NCBI GenBank assembly: GCA_013239625.1
Contig: MU053933.1
Coordinates: 3,463,817-3,527,816 of the forward strand
Length of the DNA stretch: 64,000 bases
Reading direction: 5' to 3'
Origin: Lama guanicoe
Lineage: Eukaryota
Each line of letters starts with the position of its first letter. The first letter of the stretch is position 1. Below, piece after piece: positions 22,701 through 33,216 of this stretch. The notes beneath the pieces were generated by a model. The model searched no databases. It was not told where the DNA came from and was given only the letters and a program-made list of their open reading frames with translations. Position numbers and translations under genes: made by a program.

Positions 22701-22875
22701 ACTCTGAAGCAGGACTGGGAATCCGAGAGAAGTAAGTGCTTGGAAAACCTACGCCGAGAATTACTGGAAAAGCATCAGTCAGAACTGGAGAATTTACAAA
22801 ACCAGTATGAGAAAGAATTGGCAGAACAGAAAGCTGAGTTGGAGAAGATTTTTCACGCCAAAAATCAGGCTGAAC
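22701..22875 (+). CDS. PCNT: Pericentrin exon 7 (TLKQDWESER...KNQAE)
   Basis: Acceptor atttaactag|ACT, donor AAC|gtgagt; 175 nt, phase 0/1. Confidence 0.95.
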
Positions 22876-23300
22876 GTGAGTATCTAACTGAAATGAACAA
22901 GTGAGGAAGGGACTGCGTTTTCCTGTGTGGCCGGAGAGCAAATGCCCTGCAGCTGGCTGGGCAGCACAGCGTCAGCCTCGGGTCCCTCCTTGGTCACAAG
23001 CCCCTCCAATACCTGAACCTGCTGGAGACCTTCGTTTCAGAGAGATTTTTCTGCATGTTCTGCTGCTAAATTGCTGCCCAAGAAGTATCACGCGATTGTT
23101 CACGTTTTATCCTGGGTTGCTCGTTGCTCGGCGATAGGTGCCGTCTGTGGGTCAGCGGGCCTGCGTCCCCGCCCCTCTGTCCCCAGAGGGAGCAGGGTTC
23201 TGAGAACGGGGTCTAGAAGGAGCCGGGGCGCCCTGCACAGCTCCCGGCGCTGAGGGGGACGCTGGGTCACAGGCTGAGCGAGGTCCGTGCCCGCCCCCAG

Positions 23301-23437
23301 TTTCCCTCCGGACTCAGGAGGCTCAGCACGAAGCGGCCCTGAGGCAGCTACGCGCGGACCTGCAGCGTGAGCGTGTCCAGTGCCTGGAGGACCTGGAGCT
23401 GAAGTTCAGAGAAAGGGAAAAGGAGAGCCAGCTGGAG
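23301..23437 (+). CDS. PCNT: Pericentrin exon 8 (LSLRTQEAQHEAALRQLRADLQ...CLEDLELKFREREKESQLE)
   Basis: Acceptor ccgcccccag|TT, donor GAG|gtaggt; 137 nt, phase 1/0. Confidence 0.93.
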
Positions 23438-23549
23438 GTAGGTAGGCGCTCCCGGGTCTGAGTGTCAGCGTGGGTGGGGTCCGGGCTTGGGGTCGTTACA
23501 CGGTCTTTGTTGGCCAGAACTTAAGCCCTGACTGACACACACACGTGTG

Positions 23550-24350
23550 TATTTATTTAACGGTGGTATGGTTGGTGTACAACACAGTGATTCACAATTT
23601 TTAAAGATTATACTCCATTTATAGTCACTGTAAGATAATGGCTACATTCTGGTAGAGTATTTTATACATAGTAGTTTGTACTGTTTTTAAATTTTGTTTG
23701 CTTATGTATTTAATTCACACTATCGTATTTTAAAAATTAAAGTATAATTGATGTGCAATATTGCATATTATAGGTGTGCAATTTAGTGGTTCCCAGTTTT
23801 TAAAGGCTGTGCTCCACTTACGGTTGTTGTAAAATACTGGCTGTTCCCACGCTGCACACACTTCCATGTACTTACTGTTATCTGATGGTTTGTGCCTCTT
23901 GATCCTACACCTCGCCCCTCCTGCTTCCCTCTCCCTGCTGGAAACCACTAGCTTGTTGTCTGCATCTGTGAGTCTGTTTCTGTTTTGTGTATGTACCTGT
24001 CTGTGTATGTTTTAGGTTCCACATGAAGTGATACACAGTATTTCTCAGCCTGACTTATTTCACTTAGCACGATGCACTCCAAGTCCATCCACATTGATGA
24101 AAATGGCACCATTCCATTCTTTTTTATGGCTGAGTAGTGTTCCATTGTATAAATTTACATTTTCTTTATCCAGTCACCTGTAGATGGACACTTGGTTTGC
24201 TCCCATGTCTTGGCTGTTGTAAATAGTGCTGCTGTGAGCACCGGGGTGCCGGTGTCTTTTTGAATTAGTGTTCATTTTTTCCCATACTCAGGAGTGGAAT
24301 TGCTGGGTCATATGGGAGTTCTATTTTTGTTTTTTTAAGGGACCTCCATA
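23550..24350 (-). mobile_element. L1 3'-end fragments (at least two 3' termini)
   Basis: Motif ttctttttatggctgagtagtgttccattg and similar; minus-strand ORF MEHYSAIKKN...WMDLECIVLSEISQ matches the L1 ORF2 C-terminus. Confidence 0.85.
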
Positions 24351-24557
24351 TTTTAAGCCTTTATTTAAAGAGACTCTCAGCATTTGGTGGAGCTGGTAGG
24401 TAACCAGGTCAGGACAGAATCTGTGGGTTTGACCTACACGTGGCATTCAGCCCTGCATGCGAGAACTCGTGTTCTTGGCACTTGGCCCACTTAGTGTCGT
24501 GGGCCTGCCCCAGGGGCTGGGTCAGTCGGGCCCCACATTGTCGTCCTCCTCTTCTAG

Positions 24558-24669
24558 TTAGAGAACCTCCGGGTGTCCTACGAGGAGCTGCAGGCCCAGT
24601 CACAGGAGGAGATCCAGCGCCTGTGGGTCCAGCTGGAGTCTGCCCGGTCCAGCAGGCAGGAGCTGAGTG
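24558..24669 (+). CDS. PCNT: Pericentrin exon 9 (LENLRVSYEELQAQSQEEIQRLW...QELS)
   Basis: Acceptor cctcttctag|TTA, donor GTG|gtgagg; 112 nt, phase 0/1. Confidence 0.95.
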
Positions 24670-26131
24670 GTGAGGAGCCTTGTGTTGAAAATTCAGGTCC
24701 ACAAACAGCTGTACTTGTAACTGTTGAAACCCCCAGCTAGAATCTGATGGCTTTGAAAACCCCAGAAAGTGATTTGTAAACTTCCGTGGAGACTGACGTC
24801 TGTGGCTTCAGGGTGGAAATTGTGGGTGGGCGGCCTTGGCTTCATCGCAGGCGAGTCAGGCATGTCTGGAAGCCCCGGTCTCTCCTGCGCTGACTGCACA
24901 CTGTTCACGTGTGAGGCAGGGCTCGCGGGCGGGCTTGGTTGGGCACCATTCTCAGTGGGCGTTCAGGGTCGCAGATGTGCCTCGCTGCCTCCTGGGTCCC
25001 GTGAGCTCCCCTGGGCAGGTGTACTCAGGCCCCTGTGGCCTGGCTCTGGTCTTGGAGGAGAGTGACTCCCCATTCGCTGAGGGCAGCACAGCTGGGTTCT
25101 CCTTCTGACTCACACCTGCCCCTGCCTCCTGGGAAGCCAGAGCATCTGTTCTTGCAGGAGGTGCCTTCGGGGTGGTGGGGGGAGGTCATGAGACTCAGGG
25201 CAGAGAAACGGGGCTTTCCTGCCCCCGCTCACCAGATGGCCTGTGACATCTTGAACTGCCTGAGGAGGGTGAGCGTTACTAGGAACAGAGTTAGGAGAAA
25301 GGACCCGAAAGGACGTTTTGGCGGGTGGGTGAGCCCAGCACCTGGTCTGTGGGTCTCTGACGAGGCCATGGGCAGTGCTCGTGGACTGGTGGCTTCATGT
25401 GTGCTATCACACATGCGTTTCAGCGTGTGCGTGTTCCGCTGAAATCCTCGGGCTTGCCTGTGAGGCCCTCCAGGGAGCTGTGGTTTGGACTACGGGGTAG
25501 TGACCTGTTTCCATCTGCGTTGTTTGAAAGCTAGTCGCTGGCTGTGGTAGACCGGCTGGCAGCATCCTCTTGATCAGAGGAGTGGTGGTGCCAGTTCTCT
25601 CGTGGCCTGTGTTAGCGCTCGTTGCTGCTAACAAAGCACCGCCAGCCCAGCAGCTTACAGCCGCCACGCGCAGTGGCAGGAGGCCTGAGGTGGAGTCCCC
25701 TGCAGCCGAAGTCCGGGTGTCGGGCCGCCCTTTGACCTGCTCCCTCGGGTTGTGGTGGAACCCAGGCCCTGTGGTTGTGGGACCGAGGTCCTGCTCTCCC
25801 GCTGGTCTTCAACCTACAGGCTGCCCACTGCCCACGTTCCCTGCCCTGCGGCCCCTCTGCCTTCAGAGCCCCCAGCGGCACGTGGAATGTTCCTCACACT
25901 TTGGTCCCTCTGACTCTGCCACCAGTTGCCGACGCACCCTGTCCTTGGGGGCCCGGGGCCCACTGAGGCCACCCAGCTGGCCTCCCCGTGAGGCCCCCGT
26001 GTCAGTTCACGGGCTCTGTGACTGGGGCCCCTTTTTACGAGTCTTCTCTGTACACATCCCAGGTCTTAACTGTCTCCTGGTTTTCCCTGAGTGTTTCATT
26101 TTAAGATGATCGTTAATTCCGTCCTGTAAAG

Positions 26132-26375
26132 AGTTACACGAGCAGCTCCTGGCCCGCACATCCCACGTGGAGGAGTTGGAGCGTCTGAGGCGGGACTTCG
26201 AGCAGCAGCAGCAGCAGGAGAGGACCAAGCATGAGTCGGAGCTGGGACAGCTGAGGATTTACTTTGAAAAGAAATTAAGGGAGGCTGAGAAAGATTACCA
26301 GGAAGACGTGGCCCTGTTCCAGCAGCGGCTGCAGGAGATGGAGGAGGACTCTCTGCTGGAGTCTGTGCAGATCAG
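26132..26375 (+). CDS. PCNT: Pericentrin exon 10 (ELHEQLLARTS...QLRIYFEKKLREAEK...VQI)
   Basis: Acceptor cctgtaaag|AG, donor CAG|gtagac; 244 nt, phase 1/2. Confidence 0.95.
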
Positions 26376-26765
26376 GTAGACAGAGCAGTTTCCGCCTTAA
26401 CCTTGTTTTTGGAATCGGCACCTTGAGCTGAATAGGAGTCTAGTGTGGTCTGTGATTTATGCCAGTGCAGGCAAGGCACCTTTTGTTTTAGAAACACTTG
26501 ATGTTTGGGTCTCGGAACAAGATGTCATATGAGCTGCGAGCTGGTCTGCTCCTCGTGCTGGGCTGTGGGTGGGTGGGCTGCTGGGTCCCCGCGTCTCCCC
26601 CGGGCTGTGCCGCTCGCTGAGTTGTCACTGTCACGGTCAGATCTGCACAGCTGTCGGTCGTCCTGTCCTCGGCACAGAAGTAGGATCCCAGGGACAGAGC
26701 TGGGATCGGTGGGAAGGTGCCACGTGGGAAGGTCTTAAAACGTATTTCTCCCTCAATTCATCCAG

Positions 26766-26841
26766 GGCCCCTTCAGGAGAGATGTCTAGAAAAGAGAGAG
26801 ACCACCTCGATCAGCTCAGCCTTCATCTGGAGCAGCACGAG
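26766..26841 (+). CDS. PCNT: Pericentrin exon 11 (RAPSGEMSRKERDHLDQLSLHLEQHE)
   Basis: Acceptor caattcatccag|G, donor GAG|gtgacg; 76 nt, phase 2/0 bridges exons 10 and 12. Confidence 0.82.
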
Positions 26842-27991
26842 GTGACGGGCGGCCTTGCGTTCTGTTGAGGGGTAGCTGACGTGTAACGTCCATTTTGGGC
26901 GCACAGCGTGACGGCTCCCTGCCTGGCTGTGTCGTGAGGCAGTCGCCACAGTTGTCATTTTTTTCCCCTTGTGGTGAGAATTTTTAAGACCTGCTCTCTT
27001 AGCAGCTTTCAGACACAGAACAGACAGGCGCCCCCAGGACTTGTCTACCTCTGACTAGAGGTCTGTTCTTTTGACCCTTCACCCATTTCACCCGCGCCGA
27101 CCCCTGGCCAGTGTCTCTGGCTGCAGCTCTGTGGTTGTCACGAGGCCGAGTGTCTTCTCCCTTGTCTGGTCATCGCTGCGTGTTCCCACGCCTTGTCTGA
27201 GGCCGGAAGCCCCGAGCCCCCGGCTCCTCCGCACCGTTCTCAGGGCATCGCAGCGTCTCCCTGTGTTTTCCTCTGGTTCTTTCGACTTAGGGTTTGTCTT
27301 GGTCGTTTGTCCGGCAGGAGGAGACTCGCTCCCTTTTCTTCCCCAAACAGCAAGTGGTCTTGGGCCGACTGCTGGGCCCGCCGTGTACTAGTTGTCGGGC
27401 TGCTCACTCCTTGGCCACGTGAAAGCATGAGCCTCAATTTATATGTTAACTCGAGCTTGTTGAGAGCCTGGCGTTTAGGTTGACATGACTTGTGTGAGTG
27501 GCTTTTGAGGGAAAGGGGGTGACTGGTTGTGTTTCGAGGGGTGTCAAAACACCCTCATGGGAGGTGTCGAAGTGGCGCTGAGCCCCTCTGCCCTCCTTCC
27601 CTCCCTCCCTCCAACAGGGACACTCGGGCTGGGCCCTGTCAGGCTGGTCACGGCAGTGACTTCGTGGGTGGGCCCAGCTCCCGGCTCTGGACGGGAAGTG
27701 CAGGGCAGGGGTGAGGAGAGTCCTGGGAGCCCTGTGGCTGAGCAGGGCAGCCTTGGCCAAGGCCCTGGACACGTGGCTGGTCAGGGAGGCCTGACCTGGG
27801 GCGGGGAGGGTGAGGAAGGAGTCTGGTGGGCAGGCGAGCAGGTGTGGCGGAGGCGCCGAGTCTGTGGGTCAGCCTCAGTGGGTGCACCCTCCCGCTTCTG
27901 CAAACAGGTGGGGCAGCAGATGGTGTGGACATGGTGATGAGGGAGGCAGGTGGGGACTTGTTGCGAGGTTTGCTCTGTGCTTTCCCCGCAG

Positions 27992-28145
27992 GAGAGCCTG
28001 TGTTTGCCACGATTAGAAGAAAACCGCTGGTGCCAGCTAGCAGCGCGGAAGTGCTGCCCGGAGGTCCAGCAGGATGCGGACCTCGTGGGCCCCCTGGCGT
28101 TGGAGGGGGAGCAGCTTGTGGGGCCCTCAGAAGAGCCCGACCAAG
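27992..28145 (+). CDS. PCNT: Pericentrin exon 12 (ESLCLPRLEEN...GPSEEPDQ)
   Basis: Acceptor tttccccgcag|GAG, donor AAG|gtgcgt; 154 nt, phase 0/1; divergent sequence but phase-consistent. Confidence 0.85.
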
Positions 28146-28934
28146 GTGCGTGCCTTTCTGTGCTGCTGGTCCTGGGCGTCGGCCAGCGGGGAATGTTCTG
28201 GACACCTGCACATGCTGCCTGTGCTCCAGAGGGCTGGTGCTGAGGCCCCAGGGGGTCGAGGGGCAGGCCAGGCATGTCAGGAGGGGCCTGCCTAGGTAGC
28301 AGCGTGGCGGCTGGGGACAGAGAAGCTCTGTCGTCCCCAGGGCGCGGCCGGTGGGGCCCAGGAGAGCAGATGTGAGGCCGGCCCTGGACACGGAGTCCAG
28401 GAGAGGGCGGGCGCTGCTGCCTTCCTGCATGGGGCTGAGGTGGGGCAAAGGGTCCCAGCATGAGGGCCAGCAGGTCTGGGTCCCCTGGGGGCTCTGGCAC
28501 AAGGCCCCTCCTCTCTGCTCCTCACCCTGCTCTTTCCTGCTTGAGAGGTGCCCTGCGGGCACCTCTTGGCACGTTCCAGTCGCTGGGCCCTGGTGGAAGT
28601 GCCCTGAGCTCCTCGGCCACGCTTGGCTCCTTCTCGAGCCCAGGACGGTAACAGGCCCTGGCAGAACTGCTCTGGGGGCCGGGTCCCTGCGGCCCAGAGC
28701 TCCCTTCCTCTGTGAGTCGGCTGGCACCCAGACTGGAGGAGCAGCAGCGGGTGTGGGCAGCTCAGGACGGGCTGCTGTCTGGGCCCGGGGCACAGTGACC
28801 CCTGCAGTGACCGCTCGGCTGAAGGTCCACTTCTGACACCAAGCCCACCCAGGGTCAGAATCAGAGGGGATGTTGTCTGAGGCTTTTGGAGGTAGGTGGC
28901 CTGTCCAGCCTGAAGCCCCGCCCTGTCCCCGCAG

Positions 28935-29152
28935 AGCTCACCCAGGTGCCCCTTCTGTGTGCGCAGAACGGGGCCCTGGAGGCACAGGCACAGGTGGTGG
29001 CCGGAGTCTCAGACTTGGAACCTGAGCACAAGGCTCCGCTCTCACTGCTTCAGACATTGCTCCAGGAAGAAATCGACCTCCTAAGGGTGGAGAATAGAAA
29101 TCTGCGTGAAAAGCTGCAGCGTGAGGCCCGCCTGAGGGAGGACTTGGAGGAG
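28935..29152 (+). CDS. PCNT: Pericentrin exon 13 (ELTQVPLL...LSLLQTLLQEEIDLLRVENRNL...DLEE)
   Basis: Acceptor tgtccccgcag|AG, donor GAG|gtaagt; 218 nt, phase 1/0. Confidence 0.95.
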
Positions 29153-31149
29153 GTAAGTTGAAACCCCTCACCGCGCAGCGCCCACCGCGGCCTCGTGGGG
29201 ACCAGAGGGCCCTCCCTGGAGTGCTCATGGGGTCTTCCTTGGGGCCTGTCGCGCCTTCCACCGGGGAGGTGTGCCGCCTCCAGGCCTCTGCGTCTCCCGG
29301 AGTGTCCTCAGCCCCCAGCTCTTCCCGCTGGCCACGGTCGTGCTTCTGTGGGGCATACAGGCTGCTCGCTCACTGAGCTGAGACGTGAGCTGCCCTGAGT
29401 GACTAGCGGCCTCCCTGGGGGCCGGCGGGGCCCGGCCTCACTGTGCCGCAGGGCCCGGCAGGAGCTGTTCTTCCCGGGCTCTTCCCGGTGGGGCCGCCTC
29501 GGGGTCTCATTCTCCACGGAGCAGAGTTTCATAGAAGCCGCTACTACCCGCAAGGCCAGTTGTGTGTTATCCCCATACTAAGGCGGGGTGAGGACAGGGG
29601 CAAGGCTGACTCCGGACTGAGGTCTGTGGAGGGCCTGTGGCCCCAGCCGGGCAGCTCCTCCGCCAGCCTCTGCAGCTGTCGGCACTCGGCCTGAGCCCAA
29701 ACCTGAACCCTAACTCAAGGACAGACTTGCCTCGACGGCCTTTGACGTTCCTGGACCACCCCTTTATCCACTTACATAAATTACTAGAAGAGCGGTGTGG
29801 AGTTATCCGTCTCTCCCTTTAATCGTCGGCTTTTGCTGTGACACGTTGAAGCTCTGATATTCTGCATGACACACTTACGACTGTTACGTCTTCCTGAGAA
29901 GTGGACCCTTTTGTCATCAGTGAAGCGACCCCCTTTGCCCCGGTGGTGTCTTTGTGCTGAAATCTGCTTGTTTCTTTATTCACGTGCTTGTTCCAAGCTT
30001 TGCTTGTGTCTTGTTGATGGTGTGCCTCTTCCTGTCCATTGTCCTTTTAATCTAGTGACAGTATCGACTGAGGTTAGTGCCGACCCCACCGGTTAAGGTC
30101 TCGGCTCCACAGGATGCCCCCGCCCTCAGAGGCCAGCCCTTCCCTTTCTGGGTGCGGGGCTGTCCCGCGTCTGCGCACGCGTGTGTAGTCAGGGTTGGCC
30201 AGGGCGCGTGTGATCGCAGAGTTTGCAGCTCTCCTCCTCGGCTCCGTCCTCACAGGCCCCCTCCCTTCCCGGCTGCTCTGGTTCAAACAAGTAGGACTTA
30301 GGGTTGTGGGGTGGTTTCTGTGCGCACTGCTTGGAGGGGTCAGCCCCACAGGGCCGCATCTTTGTTCTGGGCCTCAGGCCCGACCCCAGGGTCTTTCCTG
30401 GACCTTATGCAGAGTCCGCAGTCGTGTCTGGGAGCGTCGGTCTGATGAGAGCTGACCCTCAGCCGTCACCATGGGCAGGCCCTCAACTGTGTTCTAACAA
30501 CTCGAGTAAGGAGTTGAGGTCAAGCTTGCATACCTTTTTGGTCTGGTTTTACTTCTTTCTGATCATCAGTTGACCTGCTTTCTTTCCTTTTTTGAACGTT
30601 TGAGTGTTTGCCTACGTTCCGCTTCCTGACTCACCTCCCTTCCAAAGGCCCCTTTGAGAGCATTGATTCTAGCCCATCAGCCTCTCGCTCGGTCCCTGTG
30701 ACCCTGGAGCGTGAGCCGTGTGTTCGGGGCCTGACCCTGCCCGCTGCTGCTCTCCTGTGGCGCGCGGTCCCCCGGCCGATGGTGGGTTCTCTGTGTGCGG
30801 GTTGGCCTTCCCCTTGACCGTGGGCCCCGATGCGTCTGCTTTCCCCTGTGCTGGTCTTGGCACAGCAGAGGAGGTGCCCCACACGTGTGCCCAGGCTTGC
30901 CCGCCCCGCAGATAATAGACGGTCCCGGCTGCCTGGATGGGGACACGTTTTACTTAAGCAAATGGTTTTAAGTCTGTTCGCATTAGGCCCCTTCATTCCT
31001 GCCAGTGCAGACACGTTCCCGTTGCTGTGCTCAGCACCGTGCCCGTGTGCTGCGCGACTTCTCTGTCTCCAGACGTGGATTGGGTCATTGCTGCCAATGG
31101 TCTTTTCAGTTAACTTGTTCCCTCTTAAGTGGAATCGTGCTGTCTACAG

Positions 31150-31604
31150 GGAAAACATAATTTAGTGGAAGATCACCAGGCAGAACTGAAGAGCGCTGAG
31201 GAGAGGATCGAGCTGGTGAAACAAGAGCTCAGAGACAGAGAGGCAGAGTGGAACGTCACCAGCGAGGGCCTGAGGCGAGGCGCGGAGGAGAGGCTGGCAC
31301 GGGTGCTCCTGGACCTGCGGGAGCAGGCAGAATCCGAGAAGCGGTCCTTGACAGACAGGTTTGAGCTTCGAGAAGCTGAAATGAGGCAAATTCAGGACCA
31401 GCAGGCGGCCCAGATCCTGGCCCTGGAGGGGTCCCTGACAGAGCAGCAGGGCCGCCTGCGGCAGCTAGAGCTCGGCCTTGCCGGGGACGAGTCTCTGCGG
31501 TGCAGCCAGTGTGGCCGGGAGCTGGCCGGTGGCCTGGGCCCAGCGGACCGGGAGCGGGAGCCAAAGGAGGACGGTGACCCCCGGCTGCAGCCGGCCCAGA
31601 GCAG
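31150..31604 (+). CDS. PCNT: Pericentrin exon 14 (GKHNLVEDHQ...FELREAEMRQ...CSQC...AQS)
   Basis: Acceptor tgtctacag|GGA, donor CAG|gtgggt; 455 nt, phase 0/2; coiled-coil sequence. Confidence 0.96.
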
Positions 31605-32687
31605 GTGGGTGACGTCCCGTGTCCGGGCTGGGCGTGGCTGGGCGTGCGGCCTTCTCGTCATCTGTGCTCTCCGCATCTGTTACGGCTCTGGCAGCAGAGC
31701 CGAGGCCTCGTTTACTGCAAGGCCGTGCAGCCTACTCATCAGGTTTCTTCTGTACTTTAAACTCAAACAGATGTTCTTTTCAACACACGCCTTTTTCTAA
31801 GCTGTTTGCCCACTTCCCTGAAGTTTTAAGCACACGTAGAACGTGACTTGGTTTGGTGCCTCTTTGCAAACCTGGGCTGTAGTGGGGGTGCGAGGTTGGA
31901 GGTCGTTGGGGCTGTCGGTTCTGCTGCTCGTGTGCGAGGGAGATGCGGGCGGGAGCTGCTCTGGGGTCTGAGAATCCGTCAGGTCCCGGCCCACCGTGTG
32001 TGAGCTGGACGGACACGACGCAACGTGCAGACTCACGAGGCCTCCGTGTCCTCCCTGTGTGGGGCGGTCGGCGGAAGGGCGTGCGCAGGCTCTGGGGACA
32101 GTGAGCACAGAGAGCCCAGCCCAGCCCTTGTCACCCGTGCGCACCGATGTGCACTGGGCGCCCCCTTCCTGCTGGGGTCCGGGTGCTTCCATCAGAAAGG
32201 CGTCTTCCTGCTCGTCTGCCAGCCGGTGCCACCAGCAGCTCTTTGAATTCACGTCCCCGCTGTACCCTGAAGAGCTGTCTCAGGTCCTCTGATGTTCTGT
32301 GCGGCCCCGCGGCTCCCCGGAGCGATCCCGCCGCCTTCCCTGTCGAGGCACTCTCTTTGCTGAGTTGTAGTCAGGCCTGCTTTCCCGGGGTGTCTGGTGG
32401 AAACGCGTGTGTGATTTCTTGCTGGGGATCCTGTGTCTCCCCCCTCCCCCCTGTCAGTCTGACTGGGGACGGTCTGGCCTCTGAGCTCCTCCGGCTTCGT
32501 GGGCCCCATCACTCTCTGCTCCCTGCTGGCTGTGGGCTCTCGGACCGTTTGCAGCAGAGAGAGGCATAGTCAGATCCAGGAGGCGGGGGGGTCTTCCCAG
32601 GAAGGGTGGTGCTTCCCGCAGGAAACGTGGGGCTGGAGCACTTGTGACCATGCTGGTGTTCTGTGTTCTTTTGGCTGGTCACCTCAG

Positions 32688-33216
32688 ATTCTTAGGAGAA
32701 TGTCGAGAAGTCACAGAGAAGTTCATTGAGGAGCGAGATGCCTTCCTGCAGGAGGCCCAGGAGAAGCACTCCAGCGAGCTCCAGCTCCTCCGGGAGAGAC
32801 ACCAGCAGCTCGTCCTGTCCTTGAGGGCCGAGCTGGAGACCAGGCACCAGGCTGAGCTTGAAGAGCTGCGGGCTTCATTCCAGAGTGAGCGGCGGGCTCG
32901 ATCAGACGCTCGAGAGGCTGAACTGCAGGCAGAACTTGCTGCAGAAATCAGGGCTTTGGAGGCCAGGCATGTGTCACACCTGGACTCTCTGGAGTCCCGT
33001 TATCTGTCTGAGATCCAGACCTTGCGGGGCCAGCACAGACGGGCCCTGGAGCTGCTGCGGGTGGACCTGGAGGAGCAGCTGCAGAAGGAGGCCGCTCCTC
33101 ACCACGTGATCCTGACCCGGGCTTTCGAGAAGCTGGAGCTGCAGCAAGAAGATGCGCCTGCGTCCGCAGAGGAGCTGGGCATGGCGCGTGCAGGAGCCCT
33201 GCGGGGGGCTCACCAG
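32688..33216 (+). CDS. PCNT: Pericentrin exon 15 (RFLGECREVTEKF...LDSLESRYLSEIQTLR...GAHQ)
   Basis: Acceptor cacctcag|A, donor CAG|gtgagg; 529 nt, phase 2/0. Confidence 0.96.

Noticed and set aside
26203..26217. (CAG)5 polyglutamine run in exon 10
   Set aside because: Too short to indicate instability; ordinary in coiled-coil sequence.
27648..28793. 381-aa minus-strand ORF
   Set aside because: GC-rich intronic and antisense frame with no ATG start and no domain resemblance.
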